A stretch of DNA of 64,000 bases, taken from Nitrosopumilus sp. Lineage in GTDB: Archaea; Thermoproteota; Nitrososphaeria; Nitrososphaerales; Nitrosopumilaceae. The notes beneath the pieces are model-generated. The model saw only the letters and a list, made by a program, of their open reading frames with translations, was not told the origin of the DNA and did no database searches. The stretch lies in assembly GCA_965205215.1 (NCBI GenBank), contig OZ242041.1, positions 1,056,001-1,120,000 on the forward strand, written 5' to 3'. Below, one piece after another: positions 37,467 through 47,539 of this stretch (positions are counted from its first letter, which is position 1; each line of letters opens with the position of its first letter). The translations under genes and the position numbers were made by a program.

Positions 37467-38207
37467 GTGAAGGTCGGAATCGTGGTATTCCCTGGCAGCA
37501 ACTGCGATCGCGACATGCATCACGTACTGCGCGACGTATTCGGGTTCGACGTGCAGTACATCTGGCACACAAAGACCGTTCCTGCCGGGACGGATGCCGT
37601 GGTACTGCCCGGCGGATTCTCGTACGGCGACCGCCTGCGCGCGGGGGCGATTGCGGCGCACAGCCCCGTAATGTCTGATGTCCGGAGGCTGGCATCCGAA
37701 GGCACCCCGGTACTGGGCGTATGCAACGGCTTTCAGATCCTGACAGAGTGCGGCATACTGCCCGGGGCCCTCCTGGTAAACGAGTCGCTTGGGTTCATGT
37801 GCCAGTGGACCAACCTGGTTGTGGAGAATGCATCGACCCCGTTTACGTCGATGCTGTACATGGGGCAGCGGATCCCGATACCGATTGCAAACGGCGAGGG
37901 CCGGTACTATGCGGACGAGGACACCGTGAGGGACCTGCAGAAGGGCGGCCGCGTCGTATTCCGGTATGCCGACGGTTCCGTAAACGGCTCCGTAGGCGGA
38001 ATAGCGGGCATATGCAGCGACGACGGCAACGTGGTGGGGATGATGCCGCACCCGGAGCGGGCCGCAGAGTACGAGACGAACCCCGTGGACTGCGGGCCCG
38101 CGCGCATGATATTCGAGTCACTTGCAGGCTGCATACCCGCGCAGCAGATCGATCACGCCGGGTACGTAGGCAGGGGAATGGAAGAGGAGGAGGCAAGATC
38201 GCAATGA
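37467..38207 (+). CDS. purQ: FGAM synthase subunit PurQ
   Basis: 'FPGSNCD', 'PGGFSYGD', 'GVCNGFQIL', 'GMMPHPER'. Confidence 0.97.
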   Translation: MKVGIVVFPGSNCDRDMHHVLRDVFGFDVQYIWHTKTVPAGTDAVVLPGGFSYGDRLRAGAIAAHSPVMSDVRRLASEGTPVLGVCNGFQILTECGILPGALLVNESLGFMCQWTNLVVENASTPFTSMLYMGQRIPIPIANGEGRYYADEDTVRDLQKGGRVVFRYADGSVNGSVGGIAGICSDDGNVVGMMPHPERAAEYETNPVDCGPARMIFESLAGCIPAQQIDHAGYVGRGMEEEEARSQ

Positions 38208-38277
38208 GGGATACCCTGGACGCCGCGGCCGCCAGTGGGGCCACGCCTGCAGCCATGCCGGAGGATGCGTTCCGGCG

Positions 38278-40599
38278 TTGATCCTCGAGCAGTCCGAGCT
38301 GGACTATCTGACGTCCCGGCTGGGCCGGATCCCGCGCCCGGCGGAGCTCCACATAGTGGCCGCCGAGTGGTCGGAGCACTGCTCGTACAAGTCCTCCAAG
38401 AGGCACCTGCGCATGCTTCCAACCGACGGGCCGCTGGTCATCTCGGAGAAGGGGTACGACTCGGGCGTGCTTGACGTGGGGGGCGGCTACGTGGTGACGG
38501 CCCACATAGAGAGCCATAACCACCCGTCGGCAGTCGAGCCGTACGGCGGGGCCGCCACCGGCGTGGGCGGGGTGATACGCGACATACTCTCGGCCGGCAC
38601 CAGGCCGATCGCCATACTGGACGGGCTGCGCTTTGGCAACCCCCGCACGGACCCCAAGGCACTATGGCTCTTCAAGAACGCCGTGTCCGGGATCGCGGAC
38701 TATGGAAACTGCATTGGAATTCCCACGGTCGGCGGCGAGCTGGAATTTGACGACTCGTATGCCGGATACGCCATGGTCGACGTCGCGGCAATCGGGTTTG
38801 GCAAGAGGGACAGGCTGGTGAGAAACCACGCCGAGCCGGGCGACGTGGTCGTGCTGCTCGGGGGCCCCACGGGCCGCGACGGCATCGGCGGCTCGCAGTT
38901 CGCATCGGACTCGCTGGAGACCGAGGACAGGTCCGCAGTCCAGATACCGGATCCGTTCATTGAAAAGCTGCTGATAGAGGCGGTGCTCGAGGCCCGTAGC
39001 ACCGGCGCGATACACGCCATGAAGGACCTGGGCGGCGGAGGCCTGTCGTGCGCCGTATCTGAGACTGCCGACGCGCTCGGGGTCGGAATCACCATAAATG
39101 CGGACGCCGTGCATGCCCGGGAGGGCGGCATGTCCGTCGAGGAGATAATGACGTCCGAGTCCCAGGAGCGCATGCTGATAATTACGGATGGCGTCCGGGG
39201 CCTGCAGACCATAAGGGAGATCTGCTCCAAGTTTGGCGTGTCACACTCCGTCATTGGGGTGGTAAAACGCGACGGCATGATGCGCGTGACGTCTGGGGGG
39301 AGAAGAACAGAAGGCGGGGAAGAAGAAGACGTAGCAGCAGAGATGCCCGCCGAGGTGGTTGCAAACGCGCGCCTCCTTGACCTGCCGCGCCAGAGACCGG
39401 CATACCTTGACGGGATAGAGGGCGTGTCGTGCGCGCCGCACGCGCAGGGGGGCGGGGGCGCCGCGGACTACACCGACATACTGCGCAGGCTTATGACGTC
39501 GCCCAACATTGCCAGCCGCAGCTGGGTGTACTCCCAGTATGATCACGAGGTCGGCATACGCACGGTGGTGCGGCCGGGGGCCGACGCGTCGGTCCTGCGG
39601 CTTGACAACGGCAGGTACCTGGCCGTATCCATGGACGGAAACCCAAAGCACTGCTACGTCAACCCGCGGCAGGGCGCCATCGGATGCTTTGAGGAGGCCT
39701 GCCGCAACGTGGTGTGCACGGGCGCCGCCCCGATAGGGATGCTTGACCACCTGCAGTTCGGGGATCCCACGGATCCCGGCGTGTTCTGGACGTTCGTCGA
39801 GTCGGTCCGGGGCATCTCGGACTTTGCAAGGGAGATGGGCATCCCGTGCGTGGGGGGCAAGGTCAGCCTGTACAATGAGACGCCGTCGGGGCCGATAAAG
39901 CCCACGCCGGTGATAGCCGTCTTGGGGCTGGTGTCGGGCGACGGCAGCAAAGACGGCGGCGGGCGCGCCGATGATTCCGCAATGCAGCGCATGCGCGCGA
40001 GACCCGCGGACGGCGACCACATCATCGTGGTGGGGTCGACCAAGGACGAGATGGGGGGTTCCGAATACTACGAGTACATACGGGGCGTGGTGGGCGGCAG
40101 GTGCCCCGCCGTGAGCGCCGCGGAGTCGCGGCGCAACTCTGGCGCCATACTGGACATTACGAGGAGGACGGGGCTCTCCCACATGGTGCACGACTGCTCA
40201 AAGGGCGGGCTGGCCGCCGCGGTATCCGAGATGTGCCTCGGTGCGGGACTGGGCTGCGACGTGGACATTGCAAGGGTTCCACGCGCGCACGATGCCGGCA
40301 CCGCGGCTGACGGCACCGCCGGCGCGCCGGCGCGCGAAATGCCCGACGACGTGACGCTGTTCTCCGAAAGCCACTCCCGGTATGTGGTGCTGGTTCCCGA
40401 CGTGTCCCTGCAGGAAGTGGAGGATCTGCTGGCCCGCTCTGGCGCCGCGCACGCGCGCATAGGGCGCGTCACGCGGGGCGCACAGGACGGGCGCATCATA
40501 TTTCGCAGCGGCGGCGACAGAACCGTTGCAGACCTAAGCGTTGATAAGACTCGCGGGGAGTGGTCAGGTGTGTTGGGGGGGATGGTACACGGAGCTTGA
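38278..40599 (+). CDS. purL: FGAM synthase subunit PurL
   Basis: 'WSEHCSYKSS', 'ESHNHPS.VEPYGGAATGVGG', 'DLGGGGL', 'SESQERM', 'HDCSKGGL'. Confidence 0.97.
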   Translation: MILEQSELDYLTSRLGRIPRPAELHIVAAEWSEHCSYKSSKRHLRMLPTDGPLVISEKGYDSGVLDVGGGYVVTAHIESHNHPSAVEPYGGAATGVGGVIRDILSAGTRPIAILDGLRFGNPRTDPKALWLFKNAVSGIADYGNCIGIPTVGGELEFDDSYAGYAMVDVAAIGFGKRDRLVRNHAEPGDVVVLLGGPTGRDGIGGSQFASDSLETEDRSAVQIPDPFIEKLLIEAVLEARSTGAIHAMKDLGGGGLSCAVSETADALGVGITINADAVHAREGGMSVEEIMTSESQERMLIITDGVRGLQTIREICSKFGVSHSVIGVVKRDGMMRVTSGGRRTEGGEEEDVAAEMPAEVVANARLLDLPRQRPAYLDGIEGVSCAPHAQGGGGAADYTDILRRLMTSPNIASRSWVYSQYDHEVGIRTVVRPGADASVLRLDNGRYLAVSMDGNPKHCYVNPRQGAIGCFEEACRNVVCTGAAPIGMLDHLQFGDPTDPGVFWTFVESVRGISDFAREMGIPCVGGKVSLYNETPSGPIKPTPVIAVLGLVSGDGSKDGGGRADDSAMQRMRARPADGDHIIVVGSTKDEMGGSEYYEYIRGVVGGRCPAVSAAESRRNSGAILDITRRTGLSHMVHDCSKGGLAAAVSEMCLGAGLGCDVDIARVPRAHDAGTAADGTAGAPAREMPDDVTLFSESHSRYVVLVPDVSLQEVEDLLARSGAAHARIGRVTRGAQDGRIIFRSGGDRTVADLSVDKTRGEWSGVLGGMVHGA

Positions 40600-42106
40600 C
40601 GACAGGCCCCATGAGAACTGCGGGGTTGTGGCCATATTCAGCGTACGGGGGGCCAACGTCGTCCCCATGTGCATAGACACGCTGAGGGCCCTCCAGCACC
40701 GGGGGCAGGAGGCGTGGGGCATCGCGGTCCCCGGCAAGGCGCCCCTCAAGAGGATGGGGCTGGTCTCCGGCTCGTCGTCTGACTTCAGGAGGCTTGCGCA
40801 CGAGTACGCGTCCCCCGCCGTAATAGGGCACGTCCGCTACTCTACCGTGGGAGGGGGCGGGCTCGAGCACGCCCAGCCCCTCAAGGTGGGGGACATGTGC
40901 GTGGCCCACAACGGCACGATAGCAAACGCCCAGGAGATCTCAAACATGGTCGGCGGATGCACGTTCACGCCGCAGAGCGCGACTGACACGCTGGTGGCGG
41001 CCCACAGGCTGGTCTCCCTGATGTCCGACAACAGCGGGCTCGGGCAGGCCCTCTCCGTCCTGAAGAACGAGATGGTCGGCTCGTTCTGCTTCACCTTCAT
41101 ATCCGACGACGGCTCCGTGTACGCGGCGCGGGACCCAAAGGGCTTCAGGCCTATGGTACTGGGCCACAAAAAGGACGACGACGTGTACATCGTGGCATCC
41201 GAGTCCTCGGCGCTCTCCGCCGTGGGCGCCGAACTGGTCCGTAACGTGGAGCCCGGCGAGCTCTTGCGCATAAGCGGGGACGGCCTCGAGTCCGAGCGGT
41301 TCTCTGACGACGCGTCAAGGGCGCACTGCTCCTTTGAATTCACATACTTTGCGCACCCCTCAAGCAACATGGAGGGCACCAACATCTACGTCGCAAGAAA
41401 GAACATCGGGCGGCTCTTGGCGCGCAAGTTTCCCATACGGGACGCGGACCTCGTCGTGCCGGTCCCTGACTCTGCAAGGCCCGCGGCGCTTGGGTACGCG
41501 CAGCAGCTCGGGCTCTCGTTTGACGAGGGGCTGCTCAAGGACCGCTACAGCAAGAAGGGGCCGCTGCGGAGCTTTATCGAGCCGCACCAGACGGAGCGCG
41601 TCGAGATAAACAGGTGGATAATGCCCATAAGGGAGATCATACAGGGGAGGCACGTGGTCGTAGTCGACGACAGCCTGGTCCGGGGCACCAGCTCCAAGTC
41701 GATAGTAAAGGCCCTCCGGCGCGCCGGCGCGCGGAGGATCAGCATGCTGATAACGTACCCGCCCGTAACGCATCCCTGCTATGCCGGCATCGACTTTCCG
41801 TCGCAGGAGGAGCTCGCGACCCACGCGGGGGGCATAAGGCCGGACATGACCCGGGAGGAGATGACCGAGAGGGTCCGCCGCGACATTGGCGCCGACTTTC
41901 TGGGATACAACGACGCGGAGAACCTGGCCGAGGCAGTCGGGATGCCTGCGGACTCGATGTGCTTTGCGTGCTCCACTGGGAACTACGATGCGCTGGGGGT
42001 GACCCCGCAGTTCCGCTCCAGGAGGGAGATGAAGGGGGAGATGCACGGGATGGCAGAAGAGGGGAAGGAAGAGGAAAAGGAAGAAAAGGGGCCCGGCGGC
42101 GCGTGA
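40568..42106 (+). CDS. purF: Amidophosphoribosyltransferase (start codon uncertain)
   Basis: 'ENCGVV', 'LQHRGQE', 'GHVRYST', 'VDDSLVRGT', 'PCYAGID'. Confidence 0.95.
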   Translation: MCWGGWYTELDDRPHENCGVVAIFSVRGANVVPMCIDTLRALQHRGQEAWGIAVPGKAPLKRMGLVSGSSSDFRRLAHEYASPAVIGHVRYSTVGGGGLEHAQPLKVGDMCVAHNGTIANAQEISNMVGGCTFTPQSATDTLVAAHRLVSLMSDNSGLGQALSVLKNEMVGSFCFTFISDDGSVYAARDPKGFRPMVLGHKKDDDVYIVASESSALSAVGAELVRNVEPGELLRISGDGLESERFSDDASRAHCSFEFTYFAHPSSNMEGTNIYVARKNIGRLLARKFPIRDADLVVPVPDSARPAALGYAQQLGLSFDEGLLKDRYSKKGPLRSFIEPHQTERVEINRWIMPIREIIQGRHVVVVDDSLVRGTSSKSIVKALRRAGARRISMLITYPPVTHPCYAGIDFPSQEELATHAGGIRPDMTREEMTERVRRDIGADFLGYNDAENLAEAVGMPADSMCFACSTGNYDALGVTPQFRSRREMKGEMHGMAEEGKEEEKEEKGPGGA

Positions 42107-42110
42107 TTCC

Positions 42111-42398
42111 ATGGTCAGGGCAGTCTGGAACGACACCGTACTGGCCGAGAGCGACGATACGGTCATAGTCGAGGGCAACCACTACTTTCCGGCAGATTCG
42201 GTCAGGATGGAGATGATGCGGCCCAGCGACACCACGAGCTTTTGCGGCTGGAAGGGGACGGCAAGCTACTATACGGCGGTGGCGGGTGACCGCACCAACG
42301 AGGACTGCGCCTGGTGCTATGCGGACCCGAGCCCCGATGCCGCGCACATCCGCGGCATGGTTGCGTTCTGGAAGGGCGTCAGGGTGGTGGCCGACTGA
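42111..42398 (+). CDS. DUF427 domain protein
   Basis: 'LAESDDTVIVEGNHYFP', 'C.WKGTASYY', 'AWCY.DP'. Confidence 0.9.
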   Translation: MVRAVWNDTVLAESDDTVIVEGNHYFPADSVRMEMMRPSDTTSFCGWKGTASYYTAVAGDRTNEDCAWCYADPSPDAAHIRGMVAFWKGVRVVAD

Positions 42399-42519
42399 CG
42401 CCGCAGCCGACGCTGCTGGTGGCCGCCCCGCCGCGGGCCGGCGCAAGCAGTTTTGCCGCCCGCGATGCTCCGCGTGAGAAACCCTAGACATTAATGTATG
42501 ATTGGCGATGTATGCAACG

Positions 42520-43143
42520 ATGAAAAAGCGTGGACTCTATACGGCCTGCGCGGGGACGGTACTGTTCGGCGTGGCGCTCCTGGCCGCAAACTCGGTTGCC
42601 GAATCCTCCTTTATGGGGCCGGCGGGGTTTGACGTGCCGTCCATCTTTGATGGCATGTTCAGCACGATTACAGACGAGATGACGATCATACCGGGCGCCA
42701 CCGAGCGCGTGTCCTTTGCGGTGGAGTCAGACGGCGTTCCCGTCATATGGGCGGTCCATGTGACAGACTATGAGCCCGGCGACTCTCTGTCTATTGCGGC
42801 GTACGGACCCTCGGGGGAGACGTACGGCCGGTCCTCCCAGGTCGATGAGATAGCGTTTGAGGCCGTGGAGCAGGCCAGCGCGGGCCCCATGGACGTTGAG
42901 ATAACAAACACCGGCCCCGAGCCGGTTACGGTAACCGTAATGTTCTCCGAGGATCCGGAGAACTCGGATATGTTTATGGATCCCGACTCGCCGCTGAACA
43001 AGCTGATCTTTCCGCTCGTTATAGCGGGCGCGTCACTAATAGCGGGACTGATCGTGATGGTTGCGGGAATCGTCATCTTTCTTGTAGACATGAGGCGGCA
43101 GCAGAGAATCAACAAGTTTGATGACTGGTCGTCCGGCCGCTGA
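42520..43143 (+). CDS. Hypothetical membrane protein
   Basis: N- and C-terminal TM segments around a beta-rich domain. Confidence 0.75.
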   Translation: MKKRGLYTACAGTVLFGVALLAANSVAESSFMGPAGFDVPSIFDGMFSTITDEMTIIPGATERVSFAVESDGVPVIWAVHVTDYEPGDSLSIAAYGPSGETYGRSSQVDEIAFEAVEQASAGPMDVEITNTGPEPVTVTVMFSEDPENSDMFMDPDSPLNKLIFPLVIAGASLIAGLIVMVAGIVIFLVDMRRQQRINKFDDWSSGR

Positions 43144-43256
43144 TCTCGACGCGCCGCCTGCTTCTGGTGCCGCCTAATCCGCCGCGTACGCGCGTGGAGC
43201 CGGCATCCGAGGCGCAGGATGTCAGACTTTTTAAGCGGACCCTTGGGACACAGCTT

Positions 43257-43985
43257 GTGTCTGACAACAACCACGACGACCACGACCATGGCAACGCCGC
43301 GCCCGACCCCTCGCAGCCGGCAGCCGACCAGCACTATTTCGGATTCTCGTTTTACAAGCTTGATGCCAAGTGGCGGTGGATGGCGGACCTGGCAAAGGAT
43401 GAGTCCGCAAAGGAGGTCAAGAACATACTGGACTATACGGGCGTGTCATACCGCTCGTACTCGACCGTCGGGCTCCGCGACGACGCGGACTTTCTGCTGT
43501 GGTTTGCCGCCCGCACGGTAGACGAGATCCAGACGACGACAGAGCGCCTGTACGGCACGGTCTTTGGCAAGTACATAATACCGTCTCGGACGTACCTGTC
43601 GTGCACCCGGCCCTCCGTGTACGCGCCAGGCGCGGAGCCGCAGGGCTTTGTGGCCGGCGACCCGCCCAAAAAATACGTCGTGGTGTACCCGTTTACGAAG
43701 ACCCGCGAGTGGTACCTGTTGCCGCAGGCAAAGCGCCAGGAGATAATGGACGAGCACATTGCAGTCAGCCGCAGGTATCCGCAGGTCGTGCTGAACACCA
43801 CGTACTCGTTTGGAATCCACGACCATGACTTTATGCTGGCCTTTGAGGTGGACGACGTACGGGACTTTCAGGACCTGATAATGGACCTGCGTGAGACGCA
43901 GGTCTCCTCGTACGTAAAGAACGACGTTCCCATGATAGTGTGCGTCAGAAAGGAGATCCTTCCGCTGATCTCCAGTCTGGGATAA
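43257..43985 (+). CDS. Chlorite dismutase / coproheme decarboxylase family protein
   Basis: 'YSTVGLRDDADFLLW', 'VYPFTK.REWYLLP...RQEIMDEH', 'YSFGI.D.DF..AFE'; GTG 43257 fits TTTTAAG upstream. Confidence 0.9.
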   Translation: MSDNNHDDHDHGNAAPDPSQPAADQHYFGFSFYKLDAKWRWMADLAKDESAKEVKNILDYTGVSYRSYSTVGLRDDADFLLWFAARTVDEIQTTTERLYGTVFGKYIIPSRTYLSCTRPSVYAPGAEPQGFVAGDPPKKYVVVYPFTKTREWYLLPQAKRQEIMDEHIAVSRRYPQVVLNTTYSFGIHDHDFMLAFEVDDVRDFQDLIMDLRETQVSSYVKNDVPMIVCVRKEILPLISSLG

Positions 43986-44135
43986 CGCGGCTTTGCACCT
44001 TTTGCGCCTGTGGGCGGATCCGCCTGCGCGTGCCAAGATTCTGTGGCATGCGCAGTCACGCGCCGGGGTGGTGTCGATGGCGGCAAAGACGGCGGCGGGT
44101 TAGACATAAATTTTCTAGCCCGCCGGCCCATCATC

Positions 44136-45143
44136 ATGAGATACAACAGGCTCGGCAGATCAGGCATCAAGGTCTCCGAGCTGGGATTCGGCGCGTGGGC
44201 AATCGCGCTCGACTGGTGGGGCAAGAAGATAGAGGAGGACGAGGCCCTGAGGATGCTCAAGAAGGCGTACGACGTGGGGATCAACTTTTTTGAGACCGGC
44301 GACATGTACGGCAAGGGCAAGAGCGAGAGGCTGCTCGGCCAAGCGTTTGCGGGCATGCGGGACGAGGTTGTAATATCCACAAAGTTCGGCTACGACTTTG
44401 CAGGCGTAGAGCAGATCGGACACTCCGAGCTGCCGCAGTGCTTTGAGGCGGACTTTGCCAGGCGCGCGCTAAGGGCGAGCCTGGAGAGGCTGCAGACGGA
44501 TCACGTGGACATGTACGGCTTGCACAACCCAAAGCTGCACCACATCCGCGACGACTCTATCTTTGAGACGCTCGAGTCCATGGTATCCGACGGCCTGGCC
44601 AGGACGTGCCAGGTGGCTCTGGGGCCCGCCATAGGCTGGACTGCCGAGGGGCTGGAGGCCATGGAGCGCCCGTGCGTATCTGCGGTCCAGACCGTATACA
44701 ACGTGCTGGAGCAGACCCCCGGAAACGAGCTGATGCGGCGCGCAGAGGAGGCCGACGTGGGCGTCCTGGTAAGGGTGCCCGAGGCCTCCGGCATACTGAC
44801 AGGCAAGGTAAATGCGGACACCAAGATAGACGAAAAGGACCACCGCTCGGTGCGCAAGGGCCAGTGGATAAAGGCGTCGCTCCGGAAGGTAGAGCAGCTC
44901 AGGCCCATTGCCGACCGGAACGGTCTGACAATCACGGAGCTTGCAATGAAGTTTATAATGAGCAAGCGCGGGTTTGCGTCCGTCCTGCCCACGATGACCG
45001 AGCTTGACGAGATTGACGCGTACGCGGGCATGGCCGACGGCAGGTATGTCCCGGAATCTGACATGCGCGCCATCGGCGCGCTGTACGACACGTGGCCAGA
45101 GTACGAGCTAAAGGCAACCATACCTGCGGCAGGCGCGGACTGA
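44136..45143 (+). CDS. Aldo/keto reductase
   Basis: 'LGRSGIKVSELGFG', 'GINFFETGDMYG.G.SE', 'SLERLQTDHVD...LHNP'. Confidence 0.93.
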   Translation: MRYNRLGRSGIKVSELGFGAWAIALDWWGKKIEEDEALRMLKKAYDVGINFFETGDMYGKGKSERLLGQAFAGMRDEVVISTKFGYDFAGVEQIGHSELPQCFEADFARRALRASLERLQTDHVDMYGLHNPKLHHIRDDSIFETLESMVSDGLARTCQVALGPAIGWTAEGLEAMERPCVSAVQTVYNVLEQTPGNELMRRAEEADVGVLVRVPEASGILTGKVNADTKIDEKDHRSVRKGQWIKASLRKVEQLRPIADRNGLTITELAMKFIMSKRGFASVLPTMTELDEIDAYAGMADGRYVPESDMRAIGALYDTWPEYELKATIPAAGAD

Positions 45144-45149
45144 GGGGAC

Positions 45150-45584
45150 ATGGCTGACCGGATGCGGCGGCGGCGACGACAGCGGCAGCCGCAGCAGGGA
45201 CGCGGGCCGCAGCAGCAGAGGCCGCCGTCATCGTCACCCTTGCCGTCATCCCCGTCCACGCCGAGGCGCGATGCAATGCTTGGCGCCATAAGGCAGCTGG
45301 ACGGCGCCCGCATAGGCCGCCCAAAAAAATGGGACAAGATTGCAAGAAAGGTGCGCGCAGACGAGCCGCTCAGTGCCGCGGAGGCCGAGTACTATGCAAG
45401 GCTGACGCGCATATACAGGCGGCCCGCGACAGGGGCGCCGCGCAAGAGCTACCATACCGCGCTGTCGGGCGCGGATCAGAGGCCCCGGTGCGCCGCATGC
45501 AGTGATCCTTCTGACTTTTACTGCCACATGAACGACCAGTACCTGTGCCGAGTGCACGTGGTGGGGCACGACCCAAACGAGTAG
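45150..45584 (+). CDS. Hypothetical protein with C-terminal B-box-like Zn finger
   Basis: 'CAAC....DFYCHMNDQYLCRVHVVGHD'. Confidence 0.7.
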   Translation: MADRMRRRRRQRQPQQGRGPQQQRPPSSSPLPSSPSTPRRDAMLGAIRQLDGARIGRPKKWDKIARKVRADEPLSAAEAEYYARLTRIYRRPATGAPRKSYHTALSGADQRPRCAACSDPSDFYCHMNDQYLCRVHVVGHDPNE

Positions 45585-45614
45585 CCCTAGTGTGTGGGGG
45601 GCTGCCAACAGCCC

Positions 45615-46673
45615 TCAGGGCCGCGGTGCGCTGAGCATCTCTTCTTTCCGCTCTCCTGCACGCGCCGCATCCGCCGCATCCGGCCTGAACTCGTGCTCTA
45701 CAAAGTACTCTACGCGCGTCTTTTTGAACTCCCTTGAGCTGAACAGTATGGTGTACTCGTCGACCCCTACCTGGCCCTGTATCTGCCGCGCCATGTCGCG
45801 CGCCTCGGACTCTGTCTTGCAGTGTATCATGGAAAACACGTTGTAGGGCCAGTCCTTGTAGGTGGGCCTCTCATAGCAGTGGCTGACCTGCGGAAACGCG
45901 CCCAGCTTTGCGCCGACCTCTTCTATGCGCCCTTCTGGAACCTTCCACACGATCATGCCGTTTGCGGAGAACCCCGCCTGCCTGTGCCTGAGTATTGCCG
46001 CAAACCTCCTCATAACGCCAATCTCCTCGTACCATCTCATCTTCTCGAACAGCTCGTCCTCCGTCACGCCCAAGTTTTCCGCGGCTCTGGCAAACGGCTC
46101 GTCGATTATCTCCATGTCCTTTTGAAGCTCCCTGACAAACTCCTTGTCGCGCTCAGTAGGCTCAAATTCGACGCTTCTGATCTCCTTCTTTTTCTCGGTG
46201 GGGGCGACCTCGTGCTTTTTGTCGTCCACCATGTCGAGCTTTACGCCGATCTTGAAGAGCTGCAGGGTGGGCAGCATCCTGACCCTGCGGATGCCGTCGA
46301 GGCCCGCAAACTTGTCAAGCTCGTCCTTGAGGCTCGAGCCGGGGGGGACTGCCAGCGTAAACCACAGGTTGAACTCGTGGTCCCGCTCGTAGTTGTGGCT
46401 CACGCCCGGGTGGCGGTTTATCTGCCGCGCCACATGCTCGAGGCGCCCGGGCTCTATGTCCATGGCCACAAGCGAGCTTGTGTATCCGAGCCGTCGGGTG
46501 TCGAATATGGCGCTCAGCTGCCTCAGTACGCCGGACTTTTTGAGGCCGGTGAGCCTGTCCTTTATGGCGTCAGGAGTGACGCCAAACTTTTCTGCCATGG
46601 CGTCAAACGGGCGGCTCACAAGCGGGAACGTCCACTGGATCTCGTTTAGCAGCTCCATGTCAAGGCTGTCCAT
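45615..46673 (-). CDS. Fused siroheme decarboxylase AhbA/AhbB (NirDL-like, Lrp/AsnC fold)
   Basis: Two AsnC-like halves: 'GVSHNYER.HEFNLWFT' and 'VSHCYERPTYKDWPYNVFSMIH'. Confidence 0.9.
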   Translation of the reverse strand: MDSLDMELLNEIQWTFPLVSRPFDAMAEKFGVTPDAIKDRLTGLKKSGVLRQLSAIFDTRRLGYTSSLVAMDIEPGRLEHVARQINRHPGVSHNYERDHEFNLWFTLAVPPGSSLKDELDKFAGLDGIRRVRMLPTLQLFKIGVKLDMVDDKKHEVAPTEKKKEIRSVEFEPTERDKEFVRELQKDMEIIDEPFARAAENLGVTEDELFEKMRWYEEIGVMRRFAAILRHRQAGFSANGMIVWKVPEGRIEEVGAKLGAFPQVSHCYERPTYKDWPYNVFSMIHCKTESEARDMARQIQGQVGVDEYTILFSSREFKKTRVEYFVEHEFRPDAADAARAGERKEEMLSAPRP

Positions 46674-46879
46674 CGCGTCTCCTGCCAACGGGCGCCGTTG
46701 CATGATATTGATTAAAAATGTAGTTATGACGCATGCCCTGCCTACACGCGGACGGCTGTGTCCGCACGCGTACAGGCACCGGACGGCAGACGCGGCGCAG
46801 TGCGCATGCCGGCGGCGCACTAGCCGTGCCGGCACGCCGTCCGGCTGTAAATAAATAACTCTGGCGCACCACCATACGC

Positions 46880-47539
46880 GTGATAATAGATCTTGACATG
46901 ACGGACAGGACGGTGGTGGTGATAGGAGGCGGGGCCCAGGCAGAGCGGCGGGTCAACGCGCTCTTGCAGGAGGGCTGCCGCCGCATCGTGGTGCTGTCGG
47001 CCTCCGCGTCAGGCGCGATCAGGAAATGGTCCGCGGACGGCGCCGTCACCCTGGAGGAGCGCGACGTGGAGGACAGCTCGTTTCTTGACCGGCACGGGCC
47101 GTCAGTCGTGGTCGCCGCAACGGATGATCCAAAGGTCAACGGCATGGCGGTCTCCGCTGCCCGCTCGAGGGGCATCCTCGGATACCGGTCCGATGACTCT
47201 GCCCTGAGCGACTTTTCCCACCCGTCGGTCATGCGGGTTGAGGGGGGGATAACCGTCGCAGTGTCCACGGGGGGCCGGAGCCCCGCCGTCTCAAAGCAGA
47301 TATGTCAGAAGGCCGAGTCCGTACTCCGCGGCGTGATCACCCCCCGCGAGGTGGCGCACATGCGCATACAGGACGCGGTGCGGCGCGCCGCCAAGACTGC
47401 CATAAAGACGCAGGCCGAGCGCAGACGCCTGCTGGAGGCCGTGATGGCCGACGGGACAGTTGATCGGTTAATAAGAGACGGGCGGTTTGGTGAGGCCGAA
47501 GAGCGCGCCATGTCCATGCTGCGGGGTGACAAAACATGA
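46880..47539 (+). CDS. Precorrin-2 dehydrogenase (SirC/CysG N-terminal-like)
   Basis: 'VVIGGG..AERR', 'VAATDD..VN', 'DFSHP', 'AVSTGGRSP'. Confidence 0.92.
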   Translation: MIIDLDMTDRTVVVIGGGAQAERRVNALLQEGCRRIVVLSASASGAIRKWSADGAVTLEERDVEDSSFLDRHGPSVVVAATDDPKVNGMAVSAARSRGILGYRSDDSALSDFSHPSVMRVEGGITVAVSTGGRSPAVSKQICQKAESVLRGVITPREVAHMRIQDAVRRAAKTAIKTQAERRRLLEAVMADGTVDRLIRDGRFGEAEERAMSMLRGDKT

